Shown piece after piece: positions 1 to 10,448 of a DNA stretch of 64,000 nucleotides (its first letter is position 1; each line of letters begins with the position of its first letter). Origin of the DNA: a virus (Duplodnaviria > Caudoviricetes); the IMG/VR virus record IMGVR_UViG_3300028805_000048; one strand, written 5' to 3'. The translations under genes were made by a program, and so were the position numbers. The notes below the pieces were generated by a model. The model ran no database searches, was not told the DNA's origin, and saw only the letters and a list, made by a program, of their open reading frames with translations.

Positions 1-2774
1 CTATCATAAGTAATTTTACATTTTGTAGCACCTGTAATAGCTGTATTAGCATCTACTTTATCAGAATCTAATTCGTTTATTGCATCAACTAGATTGCTTT
101 TTTCTGTCGTAGATAAACTTGATAATGTTCCAATAGCATTTTTATTGGTTGTAATTTGAGCAACACTAGACGATGTAATTCCTGAATTTAAAGCAGCTAA
201 TTGTTCAGCTGTCATTGGTGTTTCATTTACTTCATATTCAACTTTCCAATTAGCTTTATCGTATGTTGTTGAAGATGAAGCATATTTATATCTCCAAGTT
301 CCACCGTCTTGTGTTTCATCTTCTTTGACAACTAGATAATTATTGTTTGTTGGAGCTTCGAATCCAGCATCTATAAATCCTTGTGCGGTTGTTGGAATAT
401 CAGCATATGTATTCCAAGAACCATCAAAAGTAGCAGTATTTGTTTGTATTGATGAGTTAACAAAGTTTTTATCTGCCAGTTGATTAGATGATGAAGCTTG
501 AGCTGGAATTTTACTATTTATAGTTGAAATGTCATTTTTGTTTGTTGTAACTTGATTTACAACTGTTGATGTAACGCCAGAATTTAAAGCATTTTGTTGT
601 GCGGTTGTAGTTAAATCGTTTATAGTTGTTGTATCTGGTAATGCATCTACGTCAGAATATGTAAGAGTGATATCTGTTGTTAAAGCTTTATTGTTTATTT
701 TACGAGATGTAGGAACGTAATCGGCTAAATTATTTTTAACAAAAGCAGTAGATGCAGCTTTTGTTGAGCTATCTGTTTTTGTTTGTGTTGCTACAGTTAC
801 TGTACCAGCTGTTCCAGTAAACGTAGAATTAGCAGGTATTGTTATACCATCTGTGAATGTCTTGATACCAGCAACATTTTCTACTCCAGTATTATGTACA
901 ACTTTAGCATCTTCTGTTGCTATAGCCCTTGTTACATAAGCTGTTGAAGCAGCACTTGTTGAATTATTATTTTCCGCTAATGTTCCAACAACTGGTGTTG
1001 TAGAAAACGTTTTTGTACCAGCTATCGTTTCATTACCGGTCTTATGAACGACATTAGAATCATCTGATTTAGTATTTAACTGATCTTGAATAGATGATGT
1101 AACACCACTTACATAACTTAATTCTGTCGAAGTCACATTTGATACAGCTACTTTACCATCGTTATTTGATATTAAAGCTCTATTGTTTGTCAAATTGTCA
1201 TCTACAATTGTTGTAGCTGCACCAGTTATTGTATCTTGTTTAGTATTTAATCCAGTATCAACATATTTTTTAGAAGTAGCATGTCCACCATTCGTAGGAG
1301 TTTCTGGAACAAATAAATCACCTGTTGAAGTTCTTTGTGGGATTTTATTAGCGACAGCTTCTTTTTGATAAGGTAATGTGGTTTGATTGCCATTATTATC
1401 AGTTCCATAAAGTATATTAGAGGTTGTTACTTTATCTACTTTATTACCTATAGCTTGATTTCTAGCACCGACTGTATCAATTTGAATAGAATCAGATGTG
1501 TTTTCTGTAGGAGTAGGAGCAGTAGCATAACTAGTACCATCTTTTTCTATATATAAACCTAATGTAGAATTAATGATTGTATCATCGGATTTTTTATTAC
1601 TTACATTTAAGATATTTCCTACTGTACCTTGTGTGTTGACTGATGCGTTGTTGCTTGCAAATTCAATACCATTTTTGTCTACAGTTTTATAACCAGAAAA
1701 ATGTTCTGTTGAAGGTGTATCACCGATTCCATAATCTATTGTTTGGAAATTAATTCTATTTTCAGATACACCTGTAGAAAATGTCTTTGTACCTGTAATA
1801 ATTTCATTACCCGCTTTATGAACAACAAGATCATCTTCTGCTTTAGTAGCTATAGCCGCTGTGTTTGCTGCAATGTTTATAGTATTTGTTTCTACTTGTT
1901 CTCTTAAATCTTCAAAATCATCATCTGGTTTAAGTTTAACTGGATAAATAAATGTAAAATCTAAAACATGTTTATATGCATCTGTTGTAAAGTCTGCTAA
2001 TTTAATAATATATTCTTTAGTTGCAGATCCGTTTAGTGAATAATACCAAAAATTTTCACTTTTTACATATTGATGACAATAATCAGTTAAATAAAGATTA
2101 TCAAGATTATCAACATCTTCTAAAAACATTTGTTGCTCTACTTCTTGCATAGAAGTCATATAAAGAGCACGATTATCTGAAGGAAATTGAGGTAATTCTC
2201 TAATAGAAACAGTATTATTTAATGATACTTGGAAAATACTTTGTGGATTATCATTGTCTTCTCTTATACCATCTGGAATTAAAACTTCTATTCCAGGTAA
2301 TACAAAAGCATGATGGCCTACAAAACCTATACCATTAAATATTAAATCATTACCACGTCTAGATTTTGTAAAATATGCAACATCACCAATAATATCTATT
2401 GAACAAAGAGGATATGTAACATGTATATCAGTAGTACCATTTTCATAATATAAAATTTCTTTTGTAGAAGTATTAAACCAAGCATGCTTGGTAATTCCTT
2501 CCATATCATCTGACATTCCAGATACTACATTTTCTTTTAAAACAGGAATAAGCGTTCCATTTGTTCTAGCGAATACAATCCATTGCGTATCTTCACCTGA
2601 AACATCGATTGTAACATGTTTGTCAGCATCAATTGTTATAGTATGATATGTATTTCCACTATCTGTTAAAACGCTTCCACTAACTAAAGTCAAAACGTTA
2701 CTTTCTAATGTCATATTAAGATTTTCTTGAATTTTTATAATAACGTTAGAAATTGTTACATTTTGAGTATCCAA
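1..2774 (-). CDS. Tail fibre protein, partial (runs off the left edge; absent from ORF track)
   Basis: Open frame from TTG at 2774 (ACAGGA upstream) to base 1. Begins MDTQNVTISNVIIK. Thr/Ser/Asn-rich, with three VVH(K/N)xGxExxxGxKTF tail-fibre repeats. Confidence 0.8.
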   Translation of the reverse strand, partial: MDTQNVTISNVIIKIQENLNMTLESNVLTLVSGSVLTDSGNTYHTITIDADKHVTIDVSGEDTQWIVFARTNGTLIPVLKENVVSGMSDDMEGITKHAWFNTSTKEILYYENGTTDIHVTYPLCSIDIIGDVAYFTKSRRGNDLIFNGIGFVGHHAFVLPGIEVLIPDGIREDNDNPQSIFQVSLNNTVSIRELPQFPSDNRALYMTSMQEVEQQMFLEDVDNLDNLYLTDYCHQYVKSENFWYYSLNGSATKEYIIKLADFTTDAYKHVLDFTFIYPVKLKPDDDFEDLREQVETNTINIAANTAAIATKAEDDLVVHKAGNEIITGTKTFSTGVSENRINFQTIDYGIGDTPSTEHFSGYKTVDKNGIEFASNNASVNTQGTVGNILNVSNKKSDDTIINSTLGLYIEKDGTSYATAPTPTENTSDSIQIDTVGARNQAIGNKVDKVTTSNILYGTDNNGNQTTLPYQKEAVANKIPQRTSTGDLFVPETPTNGGHATSKKYVDTGLNTKQDTITGAATTIVDDNLTNNRALISNNDGKVAVSNVTSTELSYVSGVTSSIQDQLNTKSDDSNVVHKTGNETIAGTKTFSTTPVVGTLAENNNSTSAASTAYVTRAIATEDAKVVHNTGVENVAGIKTFTDGITIPANSTFTGTAGTVTVATQTKTDSSTKAASTAFVKNNLADYVPTSRKINNKALTTDITLTYSDVDALPDTTTINDLTTTAQQNALNSGVTSTVVNQVTTNKNDISTINSKIPAQASSSNQLADKNFVNSSIQTNTATFDGSWNTYADIPTTAQGFIDAGFEAPTNNNYLVVKEDETQDGGTWRYKYASSSTTYDKANWKVEYEVNETPMTAEQLAALNSGITSSSVAQITTNKNAIGTLSSLSTTEKSNLVDAINELDSDKVDANTAITGATKCKITYD

Positions 2775-2883
2775 AGTTTTTATCCTGTAATTAAAAATAT
2801 TTAAAATTAATATAAATCAGATTCTTCTTCTGGTATTTTCTTTTCACCATAATTTTCTTGCACATCTTTCATAACATTGCTTA

Positions 2884-3501
2884 TTACCATTCTCCTATTT
2901 TTTTAATGTTTGTTATAGTCCAATTATCATGTTGTGGATCATCAAAACTATCACTTCCCCATGCAAAATCAAAAGAAATGAGAGAAGTCTCTCCTGTATC
3001 CAATTGATTGGTAACTTTTAATTCGTTATTACTATTCAGTACAATATAATTTTTACCTGGTTCCCCATAACCTGATTCATAAGTAAGACTTTGAGATGGT
3101 AGATAGAAAGCAGTTGTTATATATGGAAAACTAGAATTATCTGCACTAAACCATAAATTACCGTAATCATTGCCCATAATAAGAGCAATAGGAGTGTAAA
3201 CAACAATAGTATCTTGTGATACATTTTTAGCTTTTGCTATAATACCTCTAGTTGCTTCGGCAGAAAGAGTTAAACCTCCTAGTGTAGCTCCACTATCATA
3301 TCTTTCCATTCCTTCTCTATAAGTTGTTTCAACCCTCATTAAAGGCTCTTCAACTGATGTTCCATCTTGTATGCTTTCAATAGCTGCAGGAAGATTTGAT
3401 AAGTTTTGTGTAGCTGGTAATGTTCCACCTTTATTAGATATAGCTGTATAAGCTGCTGCTACTTTTGCTTGTGCATTTTGAATTGCGCTTGCTATAGACA
3501 T
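2884..3501 (-). CDS. Tail-associated protein
   Basis: N-terminus MSIASAIQNAQAKVAAAYTAISNKGGTLP resembles N-termini of phage tail appendage proteins; lies within the tail gene block. Confidence 0.55.
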   Translation of the reverse strand: MSIASAIQNAQAKVAAAYTAISNKGGTLPATQNLSNLPAAIESIQDGTSVEEPLMRVETTYREGMERYDSGATLGGLTLSAEATRGIIAKAKNVSQDTIVVYTPIALIMGNDYGNLWFSADNSSFPYITTAFYLPSQSLTYESGYGEPGKNYIVLNSNNELKVTNQLDTGETSLISFDFAWGSDSFDDPQHDNWTITNIKKIGEW

Positions 3502-3511
3502 TATTCACTCC

Positions 3512-4018
3512 TTATAACGCATTAATTAAGGTTTCAATATCGCCAATCAAATCATAAACGCATTTAGCACTAGGATACTGCGCATCAGTTGAAGAACTTG
3601 ACAAGCTAAATACTCTATTGCTCGTATTTTCTTTACCAAGCAATGCATCGTAAACTATTTTTGTATTTGGATATTTTGTTGTTGAAGCCAAATCAGCTAC
3701 CAAAGATGTTGACATATTTGATTTTAACTGCATTATGTTTCTAGCTTCTTCATCTTCGATTATATAAGTATTTGTACCGTTAGATAATTTACCAATATAT
3801 TCATAAGGTATCAATGTATAGGTTTCTCTATCAACAGTTGTTACTGTTTGTGACCAATAACCATCTGCAGAAATTGTAACTTGTCTACCAATACTAACAG
3901 CGGCTTCATATCGTTGATTTGATGCATCAGCTGTTATATACGCTGATGAAGTTCTTTCCATGACTTTAAGATTTGTTAAAGGATAAGGTTTTATATATAT
4001 ATTACCAGCTTGTGCCAT
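3512..4018 (-). CDS. Tail-fibre-associated protein
   Basis: Repeated STxxxYPxxKxVYD motif; GGAG RBS; tail context. Confidence 0.5.
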   Translation of the reverse strand: MAQAGNIYIKPYPLTNLKVMERTSSAYITADASNQRYEAAVSIGRQVTISADGYWSQTVTTVDRETYTLIPYEYIGKLSNGTNTYIIEDEEARNIMQLKSNMSTSLVADLASTTKYPNTKIVYDALLGKENTSNRVFSLSSSSTDAQYPSAKCVYDLIGDIETLINAL

Positions 4019-4036
4019 TTTATTGCTCCTTTATAA

Positions 4037-6940
4037 TTATGATATCGTGAGTGTTTTTGTTGCAGAATCATAAGACCAAGTAGAACTACCACCTCCAGCA
4101 TCAAGTGCAATAGTATCTCCAGTTGCTTGATTGAGTGTAAATGATCCTTTAGTTACCCCGCCTTGTGTAATAGTGATTGTCGGATTGTTAACAGTTGGAA
4201 TAAGTGTACTAACGTTAACCGTACCAGTATTATTAGCTGTTACTGTTGTTGTACCGTTTGTAATATTGACTGGAATATAGTAAGTTCCATTAGATGGTTT
4301 AGGGGCTACAATATTTATATTTGCCCAATATCTAAAACCTAACCAAGTAGTACCTGATTGAGATGTGTTAATATTCATCAAAGCATTACCACTTATTGTA
4401 TTAGGTCTATATTCAAATGCTGCAAGTTCTCCATTTGAATTATCGAATAATGTAAATCCTAATTTATCAGCTGCTGCACTTTGTTTAAAATGAATTTTCT
4501 TTTCACCAATAAATGTTTTTATTCCAGTAATATCTTGATCAGTATTAGATACAATCGTAGGACTTGTTACACTTACAACATTATTTGTGATATCAATACC
4601 TGTACCGGCCGTATATGATGAACCACCACCTACATCAACATATACATCATCAGAATCATCTGCTTCAAATGTTGCAACAGCTGTTCCATTTCGTGACATT
4701 ATCAGTTTTCCATTATTAGGATTGCTTGCTATTTTATTACTACCTAATGTTATACCATAATCTAATATATTATATAAAGTATTATTATCAAGTGCATCAA
4801 CTGATGTAGAAACTGAAGTATAAACTGTTTCTTGTCCTTCTGAACCAGTTATGCTCATTGCTATAACTCTATTACCGCCTTGACTTAAATTATACCAACT
4901 CAATTCAGTAGATTGATTAATTTGAGTAGGTGTTGTCCAAGTTATTCCATCTATAGAAGTTGAAATATAACCATATTCACTTATGGCTACAAATTTAGTA
5001 CCGTCATAAGTTATATTTTCCCAAACATATGAACTATCATCTAATACTTTTGTAGCTGCTGTCCAGGTTTCACCATCGGTAGATGTTGAAATTTCACCAT
5101 AATAGTTTAAAGTAACAAACTTTCCATCACCGAATGTTATTGGTGATTCCTCAATTTGTAAATGACTACTAGACTCTGTCCAATGTATACCATCTGTTGA
5201 TGTTGCATAATATCCATTTAAATAAGTAGCAATGAACTTTCCATTACCATAAGTAAGACCGAGTACTGGATAACTTAGACCAGTTTCACTACTATCATAC
5301 ACTTCTGTCCAATTTATACCATCACTTGAAACAAAAAGATATTCTGTATATTCACTAGATACATCATATACACAGATAAATTTACCAGCTCCATAAGTCA
5401 TTTTGTCTGGAACAGAACCTAATACATTACTAGTTTGAGTAGGTATAGTCCAAGTTATACCATCTGTTGATATTGCTGCTACACCACCACTACCAATCAT
5501 AACAAACTTAGTTCCATTCCAAACAGGATAACACCATGTTTTATTAGCTAAAGTAGCAACACTAGTTGCATTTGACCAAGTTAAACTAAAGAAAGCATCA
5601 TATTGAGCTTTAGTACCAGTCCACAATTTTAAAGCTGTAGTATCATCTCTAGAATTGATCACACCAACTACTTGTAATTCATTTGAAGAATTTTCTGTAA
5701 TTGACTTGTCATCATAACTAACAGAACCACTACCGGATGAATATGATGCAATTTTATTTTGACCTAAATATAATCCATTTTCTACAACATTATATAATGT
5801 ATTTTGATCAATTGATACTTCAGAAGTAGAAACGTAGCCAACGCCTCCAATGATTACAAATTTGTTTTGGCCATAGGCCATATCTTTCCAAGGATCATCT
5901 CCAACAGAAAGTTTATCATCATAGGTAGCCGCTGTCCAAGTAATACCGTCTGTAGATGTAGATATATAACCATAATCCCAACCACCAAACGCTACACACT
6001 TGACTCCATCATATATCAGTTTACACCAACTATTACTTCCTAAATCATTATTTTGTGTTGCTACTATCCAATTTATACCATCTGTGGAGGTTGAAATATA
6101 ACCAGAATAACCAAGAGCTATATATTTGGTACCATCCCAAACTACACTTTTCCACTCATTATCTCCCAAATTACTAACTTGTATAGATTGTGACCAAGTA
6201 GTACCATTTATAGAAGTTGATACATAACCACTATAACTTATAGCGATGAACTTTCCATTGCCATAACATAAAGCATACAAATAATCTTGATTATTTAAAT
6301 TACTATCAATAGTAGCTACTGTCCATGTAGTACCGTCTGTTGAAGTTGAGATATAAGTATCTTCTTCACTCAATGCTCCTATAGCAACAAACTTTCCATC
6401 ACCATAGGTTATAGTACACCACTCTCTATTACCAAGATTACTAATTTTAATAGCAGTACTCCAAGTAGTACCATCGGTCGAAGTTGAAATATAACCATCA
6501 TAACTAAGAGCTACAAACTTAGTACCGTCATAAGCTAGACAATTCATGTTTGTTAAATTTTGATTTATTGTTGCAGTATCCCAATTAAAACCAAAAAGAT
6601 TAGCATATTGTGCTTGTGTACCAGTCCAAGTTTTAATAGCTTTTGTATTATCATTAGAATCTATAACACCGACAGTTTGGATCTCATCAGATATATTTTT
6701 TGTAATAGATTTATCATCGCAATCAACTGAACCACCACCTTGAATATCAATGTTACCGCTACCTAAGATAGATTCATCGTTGATAGTCTTGATATTAGTA
6801 CCACTAACAAGAGTATCTTGCTTTGTATTAGCAATAGTATCAATATAAGTTTTTGTAGCTTTTTGTGATGGAATATATAAATCTGAATTTTCAGATAAAG
6901 TTGTATCTGTGTCGAGATTATAAAATTTACTTTTTAGCAT
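4037..6940 (-). CDS. Tail fibre/receptor-binding protein with two beta-propeller modules
   Basis: Many STDGxTW (BNR/Asp-box-like) and YGxGKFVA repeats arranged in two duplicated modules; tail-fibre motif ITGIKTF near the C-terminus. Confidence 0.75.
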   Translation of the reverse strand: MLKSKFYNLDTDTTLSENSDLYIPSQKATKTYIDTIANTKQDTLVSGTNIKTINDESILGSGNIDIQGGGSVDCDDKSITKNISDEIQTVGVIDSNDNTKAIKTWTGTQAQYANLFGFNWDTATINQNLTNMNCLAYDGTKFVALSYDGYISTSTDGTTWSTAIKISNLGNREWCTITYGDGKFVAIGALSEEDTYISTSTDGTTWTVATIDSNLNNQDYLYALCYGNGKFIAISYSGYVSTSINGTTWSQSIQVSNLGDNEWKSVVWDGTKYIALGYSGYISTSTDGINWIVATQNNDLGSNSWCKLIYDGVKCVAFGGWDYGYISTSTDGITWTAATYDDKLSVGDDPWKDMAYGQNKFVIIGGVGYVSTSEVSIDQNTLYNVVENGLYLGQNKIASYSSGSGSVSYDDKSITENSSNELQVVGVINSRDDTTALKLWTGTKAQYDAFFSLTWSNATSVATLANKTWCYPVWNGTKFVMIGSGGVAAISTDGITWTIPTQTSNVLGSVPDKMTYGAGKFICVYDVSSEYTEYLFVSSDGINWTEVYDSSETGLSYPVLGLTYGNGKFIATYLNGYYATSTDGIHWTESSSHLQIEESPITFGDGKFVTLNYYGEISTSTDGETWTAATKVLDDSSYVWENITYDGTKFVAISEYGYISTSIDGITWTTPTQINQSTELSWYNLSQGGNRVIAMSITGSEGQETVYTSVSTSVDALDNNTLYNILDYGITLGSNKIASNPNNGKLIMSRNGTAVATFEADDSDDVYVDVGGGSSYTAGTGIDITNNVVSVTSPTIVSNTDQDITGIKTFIGEKKIHFKQSAAADKLGFTLFDNSNGELAAFEYRPNTISGNALMNINTSQSGTTWLGFRYWANINIVAPKPSNGTYYIPVNITNGTTTVTANNTGTVNVSTLIPTVNNPTITITQGGVTKGSFTLNQATGDTIALDAGGGSSTWSYDSATKTLTIS

Positions 6941-7069
6941 GGTATAATTTATCCGTCAAAATTAAAAAATAATAAATAAAATGTACATACTCTATAGAAC
7001 TTTAATTTGTATTTACTAAAGTAAAGAATATGGTTTTACATATTATGAATTATATTTATGATAATCATT

Positions 7070-7228
7070 ATGACAAGAATAAATATGATATCAGTTAAAG
7101 AATTAAAAGACAAAAATCGAAATGGCTTTAAAGATTTATTTGTTCGTGAAAATATACTACTACACTATGCAATTTATGAAAAAATCCACTTTTATATGTC
7201 AAAAGAAATCCCACTATTGCCCCAATAG
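7070..7228 (+). pseudogene. Remnant of DenV-like pyrimidine-dimer glycosylase (N-terminus only)
   Basis: MTRINMISVKELKDK matches the T4 endonuclease V N-terminus (MTRINLTLVSELADQ); similarity is lost after about 15 codons; TTTACA-type promoter upstream. Confidence 0.5.
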
Positions 7229-7289
7229 ATAAGATTATGTTAAGAATTGTATCTAGTATTTCTAAAAATTCTTTAGTTGAGTCTTTCAT
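7128..7289 (-). CDS. Small single-TM membrane protein, 53 aa (not in ORF track)
   Basis: MKDSTKEFLEILDTILNIILSIGAIVGFLLTYKSGFFHKLHSVVVYFHEQINL; ATG lies 7 nt after the GTTCTA late motif. Confidence 0.55.
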   Translation of the reverse strand: MKDSTKEFLEILDTILNIILSIGAIVGFLLTYKSGFFHKLHSVVVYFHEQINL

Positions 7290-7330
7290 GATTAATTAGA
7301 ACTAAGATAATACCATCTTTCTATAAAAAT

Positions 7331-7360
7331 TGAGAGAGCTATAAAAATATAGCCCTCTCT
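7331..7360 (-). terminator. Intrinsic terminator after tail sheath gene
   Basis: GAGAGAGCTAT/ATAGCCCTCTC inverted repeat just downstream of the sheath stop codon. Confidence 0.6.
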
Positions 7361-7390
7361 AATATCAAATATTTATAAATTTGTATCTAT

Positions 7391-9373
7391 TTAACTTCCT
7401 GTTGAAACAGTAGTTGTTGCTATACCATTTTCTACAGTTGTTGTGAGAAGAATGAATTCTGCACAATATACTGGAGTTAAATAGATATCAATCTTCATCT
7501 GATTGTTTGCGATGACCTGCGCGGTATTATTTGTTTCATTACAAATAACACGATAAGATCCGATTCCATCGGCTGAAAGAACTTGATCCAAGAAAGCATT
7601 GAATTGCAAAGTAATCTGTTGACGCTCAGAAGCGGTATTATTTTCGAAAACATGATATCGCGCAGCGTCACGTAATACAGTCTCGATATAAATAACTGTT
7701 CTTGCAACATTGATTCTATCAAGTGCAGAAGGCTTCTGCTGTAATGTTCTTTGACCCCAGTTAACATAACCAGCACCTGGATTTCTTACAATGCAATTGA
7801 CTTGATTGTCTGTGTAAAGATTTCCACCTTGTGTTTCATTGTAGTACTGTGTCAATCCTGTAGGAGCAACAGCAGCTGCACTTAATACACCACGATTAAG
7901 ACCAGCTGGAGCTTTCCAAGGTTCATAAGCACCCATGATTTTTGCAACATATGCAGACGGACACATTACGAAGTTAGCACGTCCTTGAATTGAATCATAT
8001 GTCTTAATCCAAGGAGCACTCAAAGCACCACGATATGTGTTAAATCCTTGAATGTTACGTCTCCAATCAACTAAATCTTCATAATCTGTTTCAGTCATTG
8101 GGCAATCAAACAAACAGAAACAGTCACGTCTTGCTTCAGCTATTTCTAACATTTTAGCTTGATATGAAGTGTTTCCTTTTAATACATAACCGGAGTTAAG
8201 TAACAAAGAAACTGTTACTTGAGAACGATCACGGAATAATTCCCATGCTTCACAAAGTTTAGAATATTTTGTAGCAGCATCTGCGAATGTACCAGATTGT
8301 CCACCTGTTAATTGAACATTGGATACATAAGCAGGAACAACAATATTTTCTTCAATTAATTTTGTATTTGTGAAGACTTGAATATGCTCAGAAGAATCAT
8401 TGATTACATCTTCAATGAATGTAGAATTACCATATTGATCTTGTGCTTGATACAGTGTCAAGAATTCATAAGATTCAAGAGCTGTAATGACACGACCTAC
8501 TTTTTCATATAAAGTCAAAGAAAATGTAGTTTGATCATCTTCTGGATATAAACCAACACGTGCATTACCATCATTTATATCGTCTGTCGTTATTTCTGTT
8601 TCAGATTTTACAATATAAGTAATGATTGCTTGATCATTCGTATTTATTGTGATAGTTTTTATTTCAAAGATACCATTGATTGTTTCAGGTACCATTTTAG
8701 AAACAGCGATTTTATCACCTACTTGCGCATCTGAAAATTCACCACCCATATTATAACTACCGTCAGGATTTACTTGACAAGGTAATGTAACTGTTATGGT
8801 AGCTTCTTTTTTCGTGTTATTCCAAGTAGATGTCGTATCTGCAGAAACAGCATAAGCTTTATTTTCATTAATTGTACTATTTTCTATAGATACGTAGAAA
8901 TCACGATTGTTAGGATTTGTAGCAACTATTTTAAAAGCTGTATTTGTATCATTAGTAAATAAACCACTGTTATCACCAGCATCGCGTGAAACTTGTGCAG
9001 CTTTTACTTCTTCATAATACATTGGGGTAGCTGCAGAAGCTGTAGCACCATTCTTAGCAAAATTAGCTATAGCCCATTTAGCATCATTAGCTGTATGTTC
9101 ACCGGCTTCACCTGTTGGAACAACACGTACAAAATAATGCTGACTAATTGTTTCAGCAGCTACAGCGAGAGAATATCCAGCGTAACCATATCTTGAATTT
9201 AATTTACCAAATTTGTTTGTGTAATCTTGTAAGCCTGAAAGTAGAGTTGGTTTAAAAACAGGACCGTATTCACTTTCACCAACGTATGCAGCTGAAACAA
9301 TGGTATTATCAGCAACAACTTCACTGTTGTCTACGATAGTTGGAAATACGCCCGGGAATCTGTAGCCTGCCAT
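7391..9373 (-). CDS. Contractile tail sheath protein (T4 gp18-like)
   Basis: N-terminal FPGVF; C-terminal PWKAPAGLNRG, NWGQRTL, DRINVAR, VFENN and ICNETNNT sheath motifs. Confidence 0.92.
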   Translation of the reverse strand: MAGYRFPGVFPTIVDNSEVVADNTIVSAAYVGESEYGPVFKPTLLSGLQDYTNKFGKLNSRYGYAGYSLAVAAETISQHYFVRVVPTGEAGEHTANDAKWAIANFAKNGATASAATPMYYEEVKAAQVSRDAGDNSGLFTNDTNTAFKIVATNPNNRDFYVSIENSTINENKAYAVSADTTSTWNNTKKEATITVTLPCQVNPDGSYNMGGEFSDAQVGDKIAVSKMVPETINGIFEIKTITINTNDQAIITYIVKSETEITTDDINDGNARVGLYPEDDQTTFSLTLYEKVGRVITALESYEFLTLYQAQDQYGNSTFIEDVINDSSEHIQVFTNTKLIEENIVVPAYVSNVQLTGGQSGTFADAATKYSKLCEAWELFRDRSQVTVSLLLNSGYVLKGNTSYQAKMLEIAEARRDCFCLFDCPMTETDYEDLVDWRRNIQGFNTYRGALSAPWIKTYDSIQGRANFVMCPSAYVAKIMGAYEPWKAPAGLNRGVLSAAAVAPTGLTQYYNETQGGNLYTDNQVNCIVRNPGAGYVNWGQRTLQQKPSALDRINVARTVIYIETVLRDAARYHVFENNTASERQQITLQFNAFLDQVLSADGIGSYRVICNETNNTAQVIANNQMKIDIYLTPVYCAEFILLTTTVENGIATTTVSTGS

Positions 9374-9511
9374 TATTTGTTTTCCTTATAAAAGTTAAAT
9401 ATTAATATTTTAATAATTAGAACCTGTATTTTTGTATAACAAAAGAATAGTCTAATTTATACTTTGAACATTTAGACTATTTATTTTATATAATTTATAA
9501 ATTTAACAACT

Positions 9512-10426
9512 TTATATTTCAAAATTAGATTTTTCTGGAAACATTGCATCCAGGAATTTATTTAATTTAGGAAATTTTAAATAGTTTCCAATAACATTAT
9601 CAAAAACACTTATCCAATTTTCTTTAAAATAAGCATCAGTTAAATCATATCCAGAAGATATTTTTACATCTTTTATTTTATGTGGTGCTGGTAAATTACT
9701 ATCCTTAAACATATTTTTATATAAAGTTCTTTTATGTAAAACACCAGATTGATTCATGAAATTTTTAATTGGACGCGTTTCTATAAATTTTAAATAATTT
9801 TCTTTATTAACCACAATAGGTAAATGTGATTCATAGTTATAATCTGTTTTAATCATACATTTTTCTAATAATTTTTCAGCATGTATAAAACCTTCTTGCC
9901 ATCTAGATCTTTTACTTTTTGCTTTCCATCTTCTTGCTTCATCCGAAATATAACCTAAGCAAACGTTTAAAGAATCTTCCCAATCATATATTGGACGTAT
10001 CGCTATAAAATCATCATTCATCAAAATAAAATTATCAGATATATCTTTACATTCACAAGCAGTTTTCCAATTCAAACAACTGTTTTTCCATTTGCTACCT
10101 ATTTTTTGACTTGTATGAATATATTCTACGTTTTTTAACCAAGAAGGTTTATATCCAACAATCCAAATTTTTCTAAAATAACAAAATTTTTCAATAGATC
10201 GTAATGACATTTTCAAATCTAAATTGTCTTCTGATTCTTTTACTATATAAACTAAATCATATTGACTATCAGATTCGATTACATTTTCATCGTCATCTTT
10301 ATCATAATTATAACAAAATTTTATTAATTCTAAAGCTCTATCTGAAAGTATTGTTCGCTTTTTTGTTAATTCTAGCTGTCTTGTTATCGCTTTTATACTT
10401 CCTGCAGCCGGTATTAATCCACCCAC
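9512..10426 (-). CDS. Stealth-family-like sugar-phosphotransferase
   Basis: DLVY, LKMSLRSIEKF..RKIWIVG..PSWL and FILMNDDF resemble Stealth conserved regions. Confidence 0.55.
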   Translation of the reverse strand: MGGLIPAAGSIKAITRQLELTKKRTILSDRALELIKFCYNYDKDDDENVIESDSQYDLVYIVKESEDNLDLKMSLRSIEKFCYFRKIWIVGYKPSWLKNVEYIHTSQKIGSKWKNSCLNWKTACECKDISDNFILMNDDFIAIRPIYDWEDSLNVCLGYISDEARRWKAKSKRSRWQEGFIHAEKLLEKCMIKTDYNYESHLPIVVNKENYLKFIETRPIKNFMNQSGVLHKRTLYKNMFKDSNLPAPHKIKDVKISSGYDLTDAYFKENWISVFDNVIGNYLKFPKLNKFLDAMFPEKSNFEI

Positions 10427-10448
10427 TTCCTTTCTCCTTTTATATAGA

